NCBI GenBank assembly: GCA_964016885.1
Contig: OZ024740.1
Span: 389,980,001 to 390,044,000 of the forward strand
Direction: 5' to 3'
Source: Eledone cirrhosa
Taxonomy: Eukaryota
DNA: 64,000 nt
Part shown: in pieces, positions 11,143 through 23,646 of the stretch
How positions within the stretch are numbered: the first letter of the stretch is position 1
Layout: each line of letters starts with the position of its first letter
Notes under the pieces: model-generated
Databases searched by the model: none
The model's input: the letters and a program-made list of their open reading frames with translations, nothing else
Told to the model about the DNA's origin: nothing
Made by a program: the position numbers and the translations under genes

Positions 11143-14100
11143 CGAAACATCATCCAACCGCCACTTTTTCATTGAGGACCTCCTATCAGGTAAGGCCTTT
11201 CTGGTTGACACAGGTTGACGCAGGTTGACGCAGGTTGACACAGGTTGACAGGTTGACACAGGTTGACGCAGTTTGTTCAGTATGGCCTGTGTATTGTATG
11301 AAGGAAACTCCCCCTGAGACACCTATTGAGTTGCAGGCAGTAAATTGTTCGCCGATTCGAACCTTCGGACAAATCTCGCTGCCTTTGCAGTTCCGTAATC
11401 TGCGGCGCGAGTATAAATGGATATTTACTGTCGCTGCCTTACCGTATCCGATTCTAGGTGCGGATTTTCTCCACCATTTTTCATTGACGGTGGACCTCCG
11501 TCGTAAACGCCTAATTGATGGCATCACTGGGGTTTAACTGTTGTTGGCAAGGCAGCAGGAGTTCCAACGGTTAGCCCGACCTTTTTTCTTGCTAACACCG
11601 GTGATACTTACCATGCGTTGTTGAACTCGTTCCCGCAACTGACTCAGGGAAATTTTCGAGTTGATGAGCCAACTCATACCACGGAGCACTTCATATCTAC
11701 AACTGGTGCTCCCGTTTTTTCTCGTTCTCGTCGCTTGCCTCCGGACAAACTCAAAGCAGCACGATCAGAGTTTGATCATATGCTGCAGTTGGGGATTATT
11801 CGTCCGCCCACGAGCCCGTGGGCGTCCCCATTACACATGGTACCGAAAGCGACTGGCGATTGGAGACCTACTGGAGATTATCGACGCCTAAATTCGATAA
11901 CGGAACCGGACCGTTATCCTATCCCTCATCTGCAAGACTTTGCGTCTTCGTTGCAGGGATGCAAGATATTCTCCAAACTGGATTTAATTCGTGCGTACCA
12001 TCAAATTCCTGTCCATAAAAATGACATTCCAAAAACGGCTATAGTTACGCCATTTGGGTCATTTGAGTTTTTGACCATGCCGTTCGGATTAAGGAATGCC
12101 GCTAGTACGTTTCAGCGGTTTATGGATGAGGTTACTCGTGGCCTCGATTTCGTCTATACCTATATTGACAACCTGCTCATTGCTAGTTCTTCTCAAGAGC
12201 AACATACTCACCATTTGAATCTTCTTTTCCGCCGATTGAAGGCGTATAACGTGCAGATTAATGCACCCAAATGTGTTTTTGGTGCTGAGTCACTGACTTT
12301 CTTGGGTCACGTCATCGACGCTGACGGTATTCGACCCCGGCCTGAGCGAGTTAGGGTCATAGAGGATTTGCCTCCACCGACCTCACTACGTCAGTTACGC
12401 CAGTTCTTAGGCCTGATTAACTTTTATAGGCGTTTCGTGCCAAATTGTGCAAGATTGCTTTTCTCCCTGACAGAAATTTTAAAAAATTGTCGGAAGAAGA
12501 ACAAAGACATTTCTTTGACCGAGACTCAACTTGCTGATTTTCAGCACGCCAAAACTGCTTTGGCTAATGCTTCGTTACTGACTCACCCGGTACCCGGTGC
12601 AAAGCTAACGCTTTGTGTTGATGCATCGGATATCGCTGTGGGCGCAGTGCTACAGCAAAACATTAATGGTTACCAGCAACCGCTGGAGTTTTTTTTTCAG
12701 AAAGCTGAAACCTGCTGAGACGCGCTACAGCACCTTTGGAAGAGAGCTTTTGGCCATCTATTTGGCCGTGAAACATTTTTCACATATGCTAGAGGGTAGA
12801 CTATTTACTATCCTCACTGACCATAAACCATTGACCTTTGCGTTGAGAGCGAAGGCTGATAAATACTCGCCCAGAGAGACGAGACACCTTGATTTCATCT
12901 CGCAATATACGAATGATATCCAACACATTCCGGGTTCACTGAATACAGCGGCCGATGCTTTGTCCCGCTTACCCGTGACAGCGATCTCGTCACCCTCTGA
13001 CATAGATCTGACTCGTTTGGCTGCGGATCAGCCTCCCCTTGAGTCATTGGATGTTATATCGCCTGAGTTTGCGAATTGCGAGATGAAATACTTGCCTCTG
13101 TCGACTGCAGTTGGCCAAATTCTCTGCGACGTCTCTTTGGACGTGCCTAGGCCCTTCGTTCCAGAGAATCATCGTCGGATCGTGTTTCTGGCATTACATG
13201 GTTTCTCGCATCCAGGATCTTCTGCCACAGCAAACCTCATATCAGCTAGATTTTTCTGGCCAAATATGAGGCGTGAAATTGCTGCTTGGTGCCGTTCCTG
13301 CGTCGCTTGCCAGAAATCAAAGGTCCATCGACACGTCAAGGCTCCCCTGGGTACCTTTACTAACCCAGATGCGCGTTTTTCGCACATTCATATTGATATA
13401 GTGGGACCTTGGCCTGTCAGCGATGGTTATTCTTATCTGCTGACCATAATTGACCGTTTTTCGAGATGGCCTGAAGCCATCCCCTTGAAAAACATCACCG
13501 CTGAGACAACAGTGCGTGCTCTTGTTTCTGGATGGATCTCTCGTTATGGAGTTCCATTCACAGTAACTACCGACCGTGGACGACAGTTCGAGTCGAGCCT
13601 TTTCCTCGAACTGTCAAAATTAATTGGTGCTAAACGCATTAGAACTACGGCGTACCATCCCGCTTCGAATGGTATGGTGGAGCGTTTTCACCGACAACTG
13701 AAGGCCTCCTTAATGGCCTCAATGGACTCGGCACATTGGAGCGAGTACCTCCCTATTGTGCTACTAGGGATTCGGTCAACGGTGAAGGTCGACTTTGGAT
13801 TTTCACCGGCCGAAGTACTGTACGGTGCCCCTCTGACGTTGCCCGGGCAAATGCTTGCCCCTATCGATCTTGATGCCCAAGATCACGATTCCTACGTGTC
13901 CCGTTTGCGCTCCTATTTCCAGGATTTGCCGCCAATGGACACTAGGAAACAAACTGTCAAGACTGCTGTCCCGAGGGATGTTGCCTCGTGGACGCATGTC
14001 TTTGTAAGGAAAGATTCTGTGAAGCCCCCGATCACACAGCCTTACACTGGACCTTACCGTGTCTTAGCGCGCTCGGTTAAGCATTTCACTTTAGATATTA

Positions 14101-14177
14101 AAGGGTCCAGGGAGACAGTTACAATAGACAGGCTTAAGCAGGCACACCTCGACACGGACGCTGTGGTTGGTTCCTGA
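11102..14177 (+). pseudogene. pol: Gypsy pol (protease, RT, RNase H, integrase), disrupted
   Basis: FLVDTG; [22 protein letters not shown] (YxDD mutated); [22 protein letters not shown]; HHCC and DDE ([23 protein letters not shown]); frameshifts near 11535 and 12690. Confidence 0.95.
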
Positions 14178-14563
14178 TCCACGAACCCCTTCGTATTTGC
14201 CTGTTGAGCGAACGCCTGTTCCTGAACCACCATCATCGCCTGTCTCTACACCACCTCCATCGCCACGTTACAAGACCACGACCCGTTCAGGTCGTAGGGT
14301 CCACTGGCCCAAAAAATTTTGCAGCACCGTCTATATTAGACTGTGTCAGCTGCACCTTTTTTTTGGCCTCTGTGTTTCTGCTTTTTTTCTTTGCCTGTTT
14401 TTTATGCATGCATGTTGTGTTTTTTAACATTTTTCAAATCCTTATTTTGGATTTAATGATTGGTAGAGCGAATAGCTCCCCCTTGTTGCATTGTTCGCCA
14501 TCTTACTCCACGTGTGAGTAATAACATCGATTTTCGATGATTTGAAAATCTGGCAGGGGATAC

Positions 14564-15016
14564 TGTAGTAAGACGCCTCACGCCTCCTGGAGGATAATAG
14601 CCCAAGCTAGTTGTCTCCCCCTGGTTGAGAACACCAGAGGTAAACACAGACAGCCACTGAAAAGCAGACGAAATACACGACACAGAAAACAGCCTCTGTA
14701 CCACGAAACGATAAACAGCCAAGGGAACAGCAAACAGCAAACCCCACAATACCTTTGTAATTGTAATTCACCACAACTGACCGCGTCTATATTTGGTATG
14801 TTCCATTTGTAATATAATAAACACATATAAACAAAATAAGCATCACCATTATTTACATTGTTAAATATAACTCTCGTTGTGGTTATTGTCTTGTTTACGC
14901 ACACACCCACTCACTTTGTTATAATTCTCACTTACAAAAATGGTAAATAGACGAGGGACCTTCCCTCACGTCTATGTCGATAAACAATCCAACTAGGATA
15001 CATTCATTTTACCACA
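14564..15016 (+). repeat. 3' LTR, preceded by a purine tract GGCAGGGGA
   Basis: Copy of the 5' LTR followed by the ACCA TSD. Confidence 0.97.
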
Positions 15017-15338
15017 ACCACATGTATTTTGTATGAACACTTTGTTGCATTAACCATCGATGTCGTTATGGTTCGAAGCAATCGTATTTATTTATTGAAA
15101 TGATAAATGTTTACAATGTAAACGAAGTATCATTTTTTGTGTTTTGTCCTTGTTTCAAATGCTTTATACCTTCTACACCAATACATACACACATTTAATA
15201 TCGCTTCAGTTTCAACGGAGCCTCTCAATGTCAACCAGATACCAGATACCAGACATTGAACGGCGAATAGATTGAGTTAGCAATATCGCCGACAGCCAAT
15301 GCAAAGCCTTGCTGACCACCTGAGTCGGATATAATAAT

Positions 15339-15527
15339 TGTTTCTACTTTTGGCACAAGGCCAGCAATTACGCCAGTACATTACTGGTACTTTATTTTAT
15401 CGACCCCGTAAGGATGAAAGGCAAAGTTAACCTCGGCGGGATTTGAACTCAGAATGGCAAGGACCATAACTCTATGCTGCAAAGCATGGCGTCCGACCCT
15501 CCACAGATACTGCCAATCCACCGCCCT
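15339..15527 (-). mobile_element. Full-length tRNA-SINE with 18-bp TSD
   Basis: TGAGTCGGATATAATAAT at both 15321-15338 and 15528-15545. Confidence 0.93.
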
Positions 15528-16165
15528 TGAGTCGGATATAATAATGTTACCAGCAGCATGCTGCGTGTCCCGTAAGAGAGATGTCAGAGAGAGTGTTGAA
15601 GGTACCTGTCTCTGACACATCTCTACGATATAGTCACGTCTAAAGTTATTAAAGGCGTTTCCTACGAAATAAGGTGACGATATAGTTCATGCTCAACGAA
15701 GTGTCAGGATGTAAGAGCAAGTGCTTCACATCCACATTTAACTCATCGACTTGAACAGGACGTAGTTCCCCGCTTAAATCCCATCAACTGATTTGCAGGC
15801 TATTATTTAGTAACACAGAATAGGACACTGGGACTTCACATAAAATGTTTAAGAACTAATGGTAGACACAGTATAAATAAAGGAAAACTGAAGTTGGAGG
15901 GGGGTTAATTGAGAAGGGGTAATTAAGATAGGGTGGACAGGGTGGTGGTGGCACTGGGGGAGGATGTACGTTTGTGTGAAAAAGAAGGTGATAAAAAGTG
16001 GATGGGGGTATAGCCATAAAATTTTAACTGGTCAGTGGGAGGCAGGTGATGAATGTGGAGGTAGGTGTATAGGGGGTTAGTGAAAAGGTTGATGTGATTA
16101 GCTGGATAAAGTGGTGGATGGAATATAAATATATATACAATTACACATGTACATAAATATACATA

Positions 16166-16268
16166 CAGGGTGTGTGTCACCCCCTCCCCACCAAATGTAT
16201 ACCCCATTTTAATAAATATTGCTTGTACAGGTAATCAAAGTGTCTATACATTTTTTGGGGACACCCTG
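16166..16268. mobile_element. Small Tc1/mariner-type MITE
   Basis: TA|CAGGGTGT..ACACCCTG|TA termini. Confidence 0.55.
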
Positions 16269-16426
16269 TATAAACACGCAAACATATCTACACATACAAA
16301 CATCTAAACACACAAACATAACTATACTTATAAAAGACATAAAGATTTTAAAGATATATATATATATATATCTTTAAAATCTTTAAATATTTGAAGAGCT
16401 ATTAAAAAAATATAAATATATTTATA

Positions 16427-17075
16427 CTAGCTGAATTACCCGTTGATGCCCGGGTTACTGCTGTTCTAATTCAAATTAGTAAGCAATAAATATGAAGATA
16501 TGTTTTTTTTCTCATAATTATTTCAAAATATCTTATAAAAAAAATATCAAAATTGTAATGATAATAGAATTTAGAAATGATAATCTGCCAATCTTGAAGC
16601 ACCTTAGGGTAAACAATATTCATTGTGTAATTTGTTGAATAAATTGTTGCTATACACTCACACACATACACTCTCACTAAGACAGACACGCGCAGATATA
16701 CATTCACGCAGACTCACGCATAGTTTTGCACCTCATTTTTTTTACAGTCGCTACATACGTATATGTATGTGTAGATGTGTGTGTGTGTGTTTAATTCTAT
16801 GAACGAACTCGCAAACACACACACACTCACAGGCACATACACACTCATATACAAAATGTGACGCCGTCGTGGTGGCGGTGGTTTAATATAGTTCACTATA
16901 GAAAGATTATTTTAGTTAAAATATTATATTGTTTTAATCCAAATGAAAATAAAAATTACATGTTGTCACTCCCGGTGTCTAATACTAGTAATCTTGTAAA
17001 ATTTGATTTGATTTGGTCCAGCCGTTTGAGAATGCATAGAAACGGATAGACAGACAAACAAAGAATTATATATAT
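16427..17075 (-). mobile_element. Non-autonomous Helitron-like element
   Basis: Minus 3' end CCCGGGCATCAACGGGTAATTCAGCTAGT (hairpin plus CTAG); 5' end TATATATAATTCTTTGTTTGTCTGTC. Confidence 0.55.
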
Positions 17076-17962
17076 ATAAAATGATTTGAAACGAAAGGAG
17101 CTGTGTGGTTACTAAAAACAAGGTTTAGGATGGTGGTTAGGACGGAACAAGAGGAGAAAGGAAGAAAGGAGTTTCCATCGTCAGCTGTAAATGTTTCCCG
17201 ATCTGATGTTTCGGCGCTGAATTACAGGGCATCGGTGTAGTTCGGGTGCGCCCGAGGCCTTTTATTAATCAAAAGGCCAGGTGGAAAAGGAGAGAGAAAG
17301 AGAGAAAAAGGGGAGAAAAAAGGAGAGAGAAAAGGAAAGAGAGGGAAAGGAGGAAGAACAAGGGAAAAAAGATGAGGAGAGAGGAAGAAAGGAGGAAGGG
17401 AAAAGGGGAAAAATAGGAAAGGAATAGGAGAAAAAAAGTGTACAGGTCCCATCGTGGGAAGACACAGGTGAAAGAAACATGCAAAAGAGTAACCGTGGAA
17501 AAATAGGGAAAGTAAGTTGTGGCCAACCTGGATGCATTCTCAAACGGCTGGACCAAAAAAATTAAATATATATATATATATATCAGACAGGGTGTGGCAA
17601 GATCTTGAATTATTATGGCTCTGGACAAAGTCTATTGAGCTGGTTTATTGAGAAGCACAAAAACCAAACGTATTTGTTGTTTTGGTTCCTCACATTTGTA
17701 TGTATGTATGTATGTATGTATGTATGTATGTATGTATGTATGTATGTATGTATGTATGTATGTATGTATGTATGTATGCAAGCATGCATGTATGCATGTA
17801 TGTATGTATGTATGTATGTATGTATGTATGTATGTATGTGTGTATGTATGTATGTATGTATGTATTCGTTCAGCGCATCGGTAGGAGTTCTACATGGATA
17901 TAAAGTAGTGGCCGTACTCGAAAACGAGTTGGCAGCCACCATGTATGTATGTATGTATGTAT

Positions 17963-18570
17963 GTCAGGTCACCAGTTGGTGCTACTGGTAACATGTATCC
18001 CAGTACTACCTGTCTCATGGTCGGGTCGTTGGCGACTAAACTGGCAACCCCACCAAGGTTTCTTGGTGAGGAGGGTGACTTTCGACATCCTGCAGGACTA
18101 AAAACAAAACCTGTCAAAGGGAAAAGGAGCTCTTAAGATTCAATGGCCATCCAAAATCACCGGGAGAGATGACCCCTTAGCCTTTGTCAAGGCAGAATTC
18201 TAGGAGAAGGAAAACTCTGATATAACACCTGCAACCCTGATGGTATCCAATGATGTTGACTTGTTCTTCTTTTTGGTAAATATCATCTTGGTTAAGAGAG
18301 TGGGACTGGCTTTGTGCAGTGCCTTTGCTCACTATAAAAGCTTCACGGCACAGGCATTGCTTTATATCTGGAGATCTCTCTGCAATTGTCGTCACATGGT
18401 ACCATGGGCCCAGCACTATGTGTCAATAATTGTCACAGGTGTAGTGTTTGTACCAGAGTTTTCAAGTCGCTGGCTGGACTAAAAAGTCACACACGTTCAG
18501 CGCATCGGTAGGGGTTCTCCTACATGGATATAAAGTAGTGGCCGTACTCGAAAACGAGTTGGCAGACACC
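17963..18570 (+). mobile_element. 608-bp non-autonomous bipartite RTE-derived retroelement
   Basis: Same-length inverted copy at 22923-23530; 3' ~180 bp matches the LINE end at 20900-21079; (ATGT)n tail; 3'-only stub at 17866-17940. Confidence 0.85.
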
Positions 18571-18671
18571 ATGTATGTATGTATGTATGTATGTATGTAT
18601 GTATACATATATATATATATATACATATATATGTATACATATATATGTATATATATATATACAAATATATA

Positions 18672-20253
18672 CAGTGGCCCGCAAAAGTTTACAACACATT
18701 AGGAAAAGTGTGGTTTTAGGTATTTTTAATAAAGTTAGGGTAATGAAAATTTAACTACTGATAGAACATATAATGAGGCATTTAATGATACAATCATATT
18801 TTAAAAAAAATAACAAGGAAATAACTCATTAAGAAAAATCAATATTTTTATAACGCAAAAGTTTACAACACATTTATTAAATCATCTCTTAATATTTCTT
18901 TGTTGCTAATTATAGCCTGTAGGCGTTTGGAGTAGCCTCCTACAAACTTCTTGCATGTTTCTTGGCTAATATTTTTCCATTCTTCACAACAAATTTTCTT
19001 TAGTTCAGGAATATTTTGGGGTTTCCTTTTTTGAATTCTGAGTTTCAGTTCTCTCCACAAATTTTCGATCGGGTTAAGATCTGGAGACTGACTTGGCCAT
19101 TTTAGAACATTTATTCCATTCGTACTTAACCAAGATTGTGTTAGCTTTGCAGTATGCTTTGGATCGTTATCTTGTTGAAAAAAACCAACCTGGCTTTAAG
19201 CTGAGAGAATGTGCACTTTGATGTAAATTCCTTTGCAAAATACCTCTATAATAAGCGCCACCCATTCTTCCTTCTATTATTTCAATATTTCCTACACCTG
19301 TGGCACTAAAGCAACCCCAGACCATGATTGATCCACCTCCAAATTTTACAGTTGGAATAGTATTCTTCGGCGAATATTCAGTACTTTACTTTCTCCAGAC
19401 TTTTGCCACAGCATTTCGACCAAAAAGTTCAATTTTTGTTTCGTCCGACTAAAGTACGTCTTCCCAAAATGACGCAGGTTTGATGAGATCATTTGCAAAG
19501 TTTAATCGACGAAGAACGTGTTTCCTTGTAAGAAGTGGTGTTTTCCTTGGAGACCTTGAGAAGATATTATATCGATGAAGTGAACGACTAATTGTATCTG
19601 TGCTCACTTTTACTCCACTTTCTTCTTGGTCATCCTGAAGATTTTAAAGAGTACACCGGGGTTCGTTGCCAACCTTTCTCATCAATAACCGAGCTGCACG
19701 TTCCGTTATCTTTCTAGGACGACCAGAACTAATTAGAGGACAGATGGAATGATGAGATTTCCAGTGACGAATTATAGTACCAACTGAACTCAATGGCACA
19801 TTTAACTGACAAGATATCTTTCTGTAACCAACACCATTTGTATGAAGGTCTACAATGCTTTTACGGAGGTCTTGATCAATCAGTTTATTTTTCCCCATAT
19901 TGTCAATGTTTACAGGATGATTGTCAGACAAATAATGACGTAATGTTTTTAATGGTCCTTAGAAGTTACCTTAAACCTAATCTAGAACATTCTACTGAAT
20001 TTTAAATCTGAAAATTTAAGAATTTTCTTGAAAAAAAGCGATAAATATAAAATGTGTTGTAAACTTTTGCGTTATAAAAATATTGATTTTTCTTCATGAG
20101 TTATTTCCTTGTTATTTTTTAAAAAATATGATTGTATCATTAAATGCCTCATTATATGTTCTATCAGTAGTTAAATTTTCATTACCCTAACTTTATTAAA
20201 AATACCTAAAACCGCATTTTTCCTAATGTGTTGTAAACTTTTGCGGGGCACTG
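18672..20253 (-). mobile_element. Tc1 (DD34E) DNA transposon with ~204-bp IR-DR TIRs, transposase disrupted
   Basis: TA|CAGTG..CACTG|TA; GCAAAAGTTTACAACACATT repeated at both ends of each TIR; [57 protein letters not shown]. Confidence 0.95.
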
Positions 20254-20274
20254 TATATACATATATATATGTAC

Positions 20275-20313
<39 letters not shown>

Positions 20314-20328
20314 CATATATATGTATAC

Positions 20329-20366
<38 letters not shown>

Positions 20367-20378
20367 GTATATATATAC

Positions 20379-20409
<31 letters not shown>

Positions 20410-20441
20410 CATATATATATACGTGTATATATATATATATG

Positions 20442-20485
<44 letters not shown>

Positions 20486-20530
20486 CATACATACATACAT
20501 ACATACATACATACATACATACATACATAC

Positions 20531-21079
20531 ATACATACATAAATACATACCTTGTGAGCACTGGGAAGCAGGCGCTAGCGACCGATCGCAGTGGAGGAAA
20601 GCAGTGGCTAGTGGCAAGAGTCTATTTGAGGAAACAAGAAGAAGGCACGCGACACTAAAAAGAGATGTCCAGAAACGAATCCATGTTGGCCTTCCCGAAG
20701 GCACTGACAGACGGCCTGACCTGACATGTGAGACCTGTAATAGGGTTTGTCTGAGCATGGTTGGTCTAAAGAGTCACCTGAGAGTGCACAAGAACAGGGA
20801 AGCAGGCACCTGTGGAGCTATAAGTGTTCATCAGACGACGACATGTGATATTTGTGGAAGGGTATGCAGGTCGAGTAGTGATCTCACACGACACCTTGGG
20901 TCACATGGTACCATGGGCCCAGCACTAGGTGTCAATAATTGTCACAAGTGTAGTGTTTGTACCAGAGTTTTCAAGTCGCTGGCTGGACTAAAAAGCCACA
21001 CTCGTTCAGCGCACCGGTAGGGGTTCTCCTACATGGATATAAAGTAGTGGCTGTACTCGAAAATGAGTTGGCAGCCACC
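20531..21079 (+). mobile_element. 5'-truncated RTE-type LINE 3' end encoding three C2H2 zinc fingers
   Basis: [15 protein letters not shown], then CETC..HLRVH, CDIC..HLGSH, CSVC..HTRSAH, stop at 21020, short 3' UTR, (AT)n tail. Confidence 0.85.
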
Positions 21080-21081
21080 AT

Positions 21082-21213
<132 letters not shown>

Positions 21214-21288
21214 ATATATTTATTATATATATATTATATATATATATATATATAATATATATATATATACAAAGGTTAAAAATCGCAA

Positions 21289-22087
21289 CTAATTGTGTAT
21301 GGTTGATGGTATATTTAGTCAGTTTCTACATGCTGTCGAAATGTTGGATAAATACTCGATTGAGGCCGCCGCGAAGAGGCTACGTTCGGTTATTTGTCGG
21401 AGATTTCTCCATAAGAGCGTTTATTCTTATAGCTTGTTCTAATTGATTTTTTATATGGTTAATTATGCTAATTAGAAGAAGAAATAGTATATATTTTAAT
21501 ATCTGATGATTCTAAAGACATGATTTATGATATATTGCTCTGATTTTTTAATTTATTAATTCTTCATAGAGCTTAAAAGTGACCAGTTGCAACATGTATA
21601 TATCTATAACTTTATGTATATGTTAACCTTTATATTTAATAATCTTCCAATAGGTTGAGATTAAATTTGGCGATATTTGGCTGCGCTTTCTAGCAGCAAG
21701 CCTACCCGCCGTAAGCAACCAATCACATTCTTTCTTTCTGGCTTGACCACAGCCACATAGTGATTCTTAGCAATTTTTGAATCTATTTTTGGCGGGATCG
21801 GATTGAAAAACTAGATGTCTGATTTTGAGTTTGTCTCCTGATGAATCCTAACTCAGGACATTCCTATTATTTGGATGTCTAAAAATAAGGAAGAAACCAT
21901 GGTAGAGATATAATTACGGTATGTGCGCATTTCTTCTAAGTTTAATTTTACACCTAATTGTGTATGGTTGATGGTATATTTAGTCAGTTTCTACATGCTG
22001 TCGAAATGTTGGATAAATACTCGATTGGGGCCACCGCGAAGAGGCTACGTTCGGTTATTTGTCGGAGATTTCTCCATAAGAGCGTTT
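21289..22087 (+). mobile_element. Non-coding 665-nt unit with 134-bp terminal direct repeats containing an HHR (PLE pLTR/retrozyme-like)
   Basis: Repeats at 21289-21422 and 21954-22087; HHR at 21833-21909. Confidence 0.7.
21833..21909 (+). ncRNA. Type I hammerhead ribozyme, enlarged helix II, palindromic minimal helix III
   Basis: GTCTC-CTGATGA-(48 nt)-GAAA-C-CATG-G-TA/GAGAT; helix I GTCTC:GAGAT. Confidence 0.65.
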
Positions 22088-22114
22088 TCAGTGTCTAGCT
22101 GCCTCATACATATA

Positions 22115-22748
22115 TATTTTTCAATCTAGCTAACTTAGCCATTTACAATACAAACACTTATATGTTGGTATTTGTGTTTATCAAATATATTAATTTATAT
22201 TAACTTGTATTACACGGCTCAGAAATACTTCTTTCTTTGAGCTATTTCATTGTAAAGGACTGTTTGAGTTTAGAACTCGTTATTCATAGTATCACGGCTC
22301 CTTCTGTCGAGCTAATTTTTAGCCCCATAAAAACGGCTGTTATTTCTAGCAGCACGAGTATGAGGCAGATAGACACTGAAAAACCATGTGCGTTAGTCAG
22401 TCTTCTTAAATATTTTGAAGTGAAACATACCAATTTTTCAGGGTACTTGCTGAAGAGATCTGAATTTGGTATTTTTTCACTTTTTCATTTATCGAAACAT
22501 ATTTGGATTTTGAGGTTTAAACTTATCTACGGAGCAGGTTTGGATTTTGAAATTTAAATTTGTCCAAGTACCACGGCCATTTGCCAATATGATTTGTTTT
22601 TATTGATTTATTATTTTAAAACGAGACAGGCAAACTGTATTATTATAATTAGTATTTTTCAATCTAGCTAACTTAGTCATTTACAATACAAACACTTATA
22701 TGTTGGTATTTGTGTTTATCAAATATATTAATTTATATTAACTTGTAT
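22115..22748 (+). mobile_element. Non-coding 538-nt unit with ~95-bp terminal direct repeats containing an HHR
   Basis: Repeats at 22115-22210 and 22653-22748; HHR at 22442-22572. Confidence 0.75.
22442..22572 (+). ncRNA. Type I hammerhead ribozyme with long helices II and III
   Basis: GGTACTTG-CTGAAGA-GAT..ATC-GAAA-CA..TG-TC/CAAGTACC; perfect 8-bp helix I, ~16-bp helix III, GUC cleavage after 22564. Confidence 0.8.
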
Positions 22749-22757
22749 GTATGTATG

Positions 22758-22849
<92 letters not shown>

Positions 22850-22889
22850 TACATACATACATACATACATACATACATACATACATACA

Positions 22890-22922
<33 letters not shown>

Positions 22923-23530
22923 GGTGGCTGCCAACTCGTTTTCGAGTACGGCCACTACTTTATATCCATGTAGGAGAACCCCTACCGATGCGCTAAACAA
23001 GTGTGACTTTTTAGTCCAGCCAGCGACTTAAAAACTCCGGTACAAACACTACACTTGTGACAATTCTTGACACATAGTGCTGGGCCCACGGCACCATGTG
23101 ACGACAAGTGCAGAGAGATCTCCAGATACAAAGCAATCCCTGTGCCGTGAAGCTTTTATAGTGAACAAAGGCACTGCACAAAGCCAGTCTCACTCTCTTA
23201 ACCAAGATGATATTTACCAAAAAGAAGAACACGTCAACATCATTGGATACCATGAGGGTTCTAGGTGTTATATCAGAGTTTTCCTTCTCCTAGAATTCTG
23301 CCTTGACAAAAGCTAAGGGGTCATCTCTCCCAGTGATTTGGGATGGCCATTGACTCTTAAGAGCTCCTTTGCCCTTTGACAGGTTTTGATTTTAGTCCTG
23401 CAGGATATCAAAAGTCACCCTCCTCACCAAGAAACCTTGGTGGGGTTGCCAGTTTAGTCGCCAACGACCCGACCATGGGACAGGTTGTACTGGAATACAT
23501 GTTACCAGTAGCACCAACTGGTGACCTGAC
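22923..23530 (-). mobile_element. 608-bp non-autonomous RTE-derived element, second copy
   Basis: Reverse complement of 17963-18570 with scattered substitutions. Confidence 0.85.
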
Positions 23531-23543
23531 ATACACATATACA

Positions 23544-23646
<103 letters not shown>

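Larger units (their letters stand above)
9237..15016 (+). mobile_element. Full-length Gypsy/Ty3 LTR retrotransposon, inactivated
   Basis: 453-bp TG..CA LTRs (9237-9689, 14564-15016) with ~4 differences; 4-bp TSD ACCA; PBS; PPT; gag-PR-RT-RH-IN order. Confidence 0.97.

Noticed and set aside
17140-17230. Minus-strand CTGACGA-TG-GAAAC minimal HHR
   Set aside because: Helices I and III cannot be formed convincingly
17963-18050. HDV-like ribozyme at the 5' end of the RTE-derived element
   Set aside because: P2, P3 and P4-like pairings are visible but no P1/P1.1 could be placed
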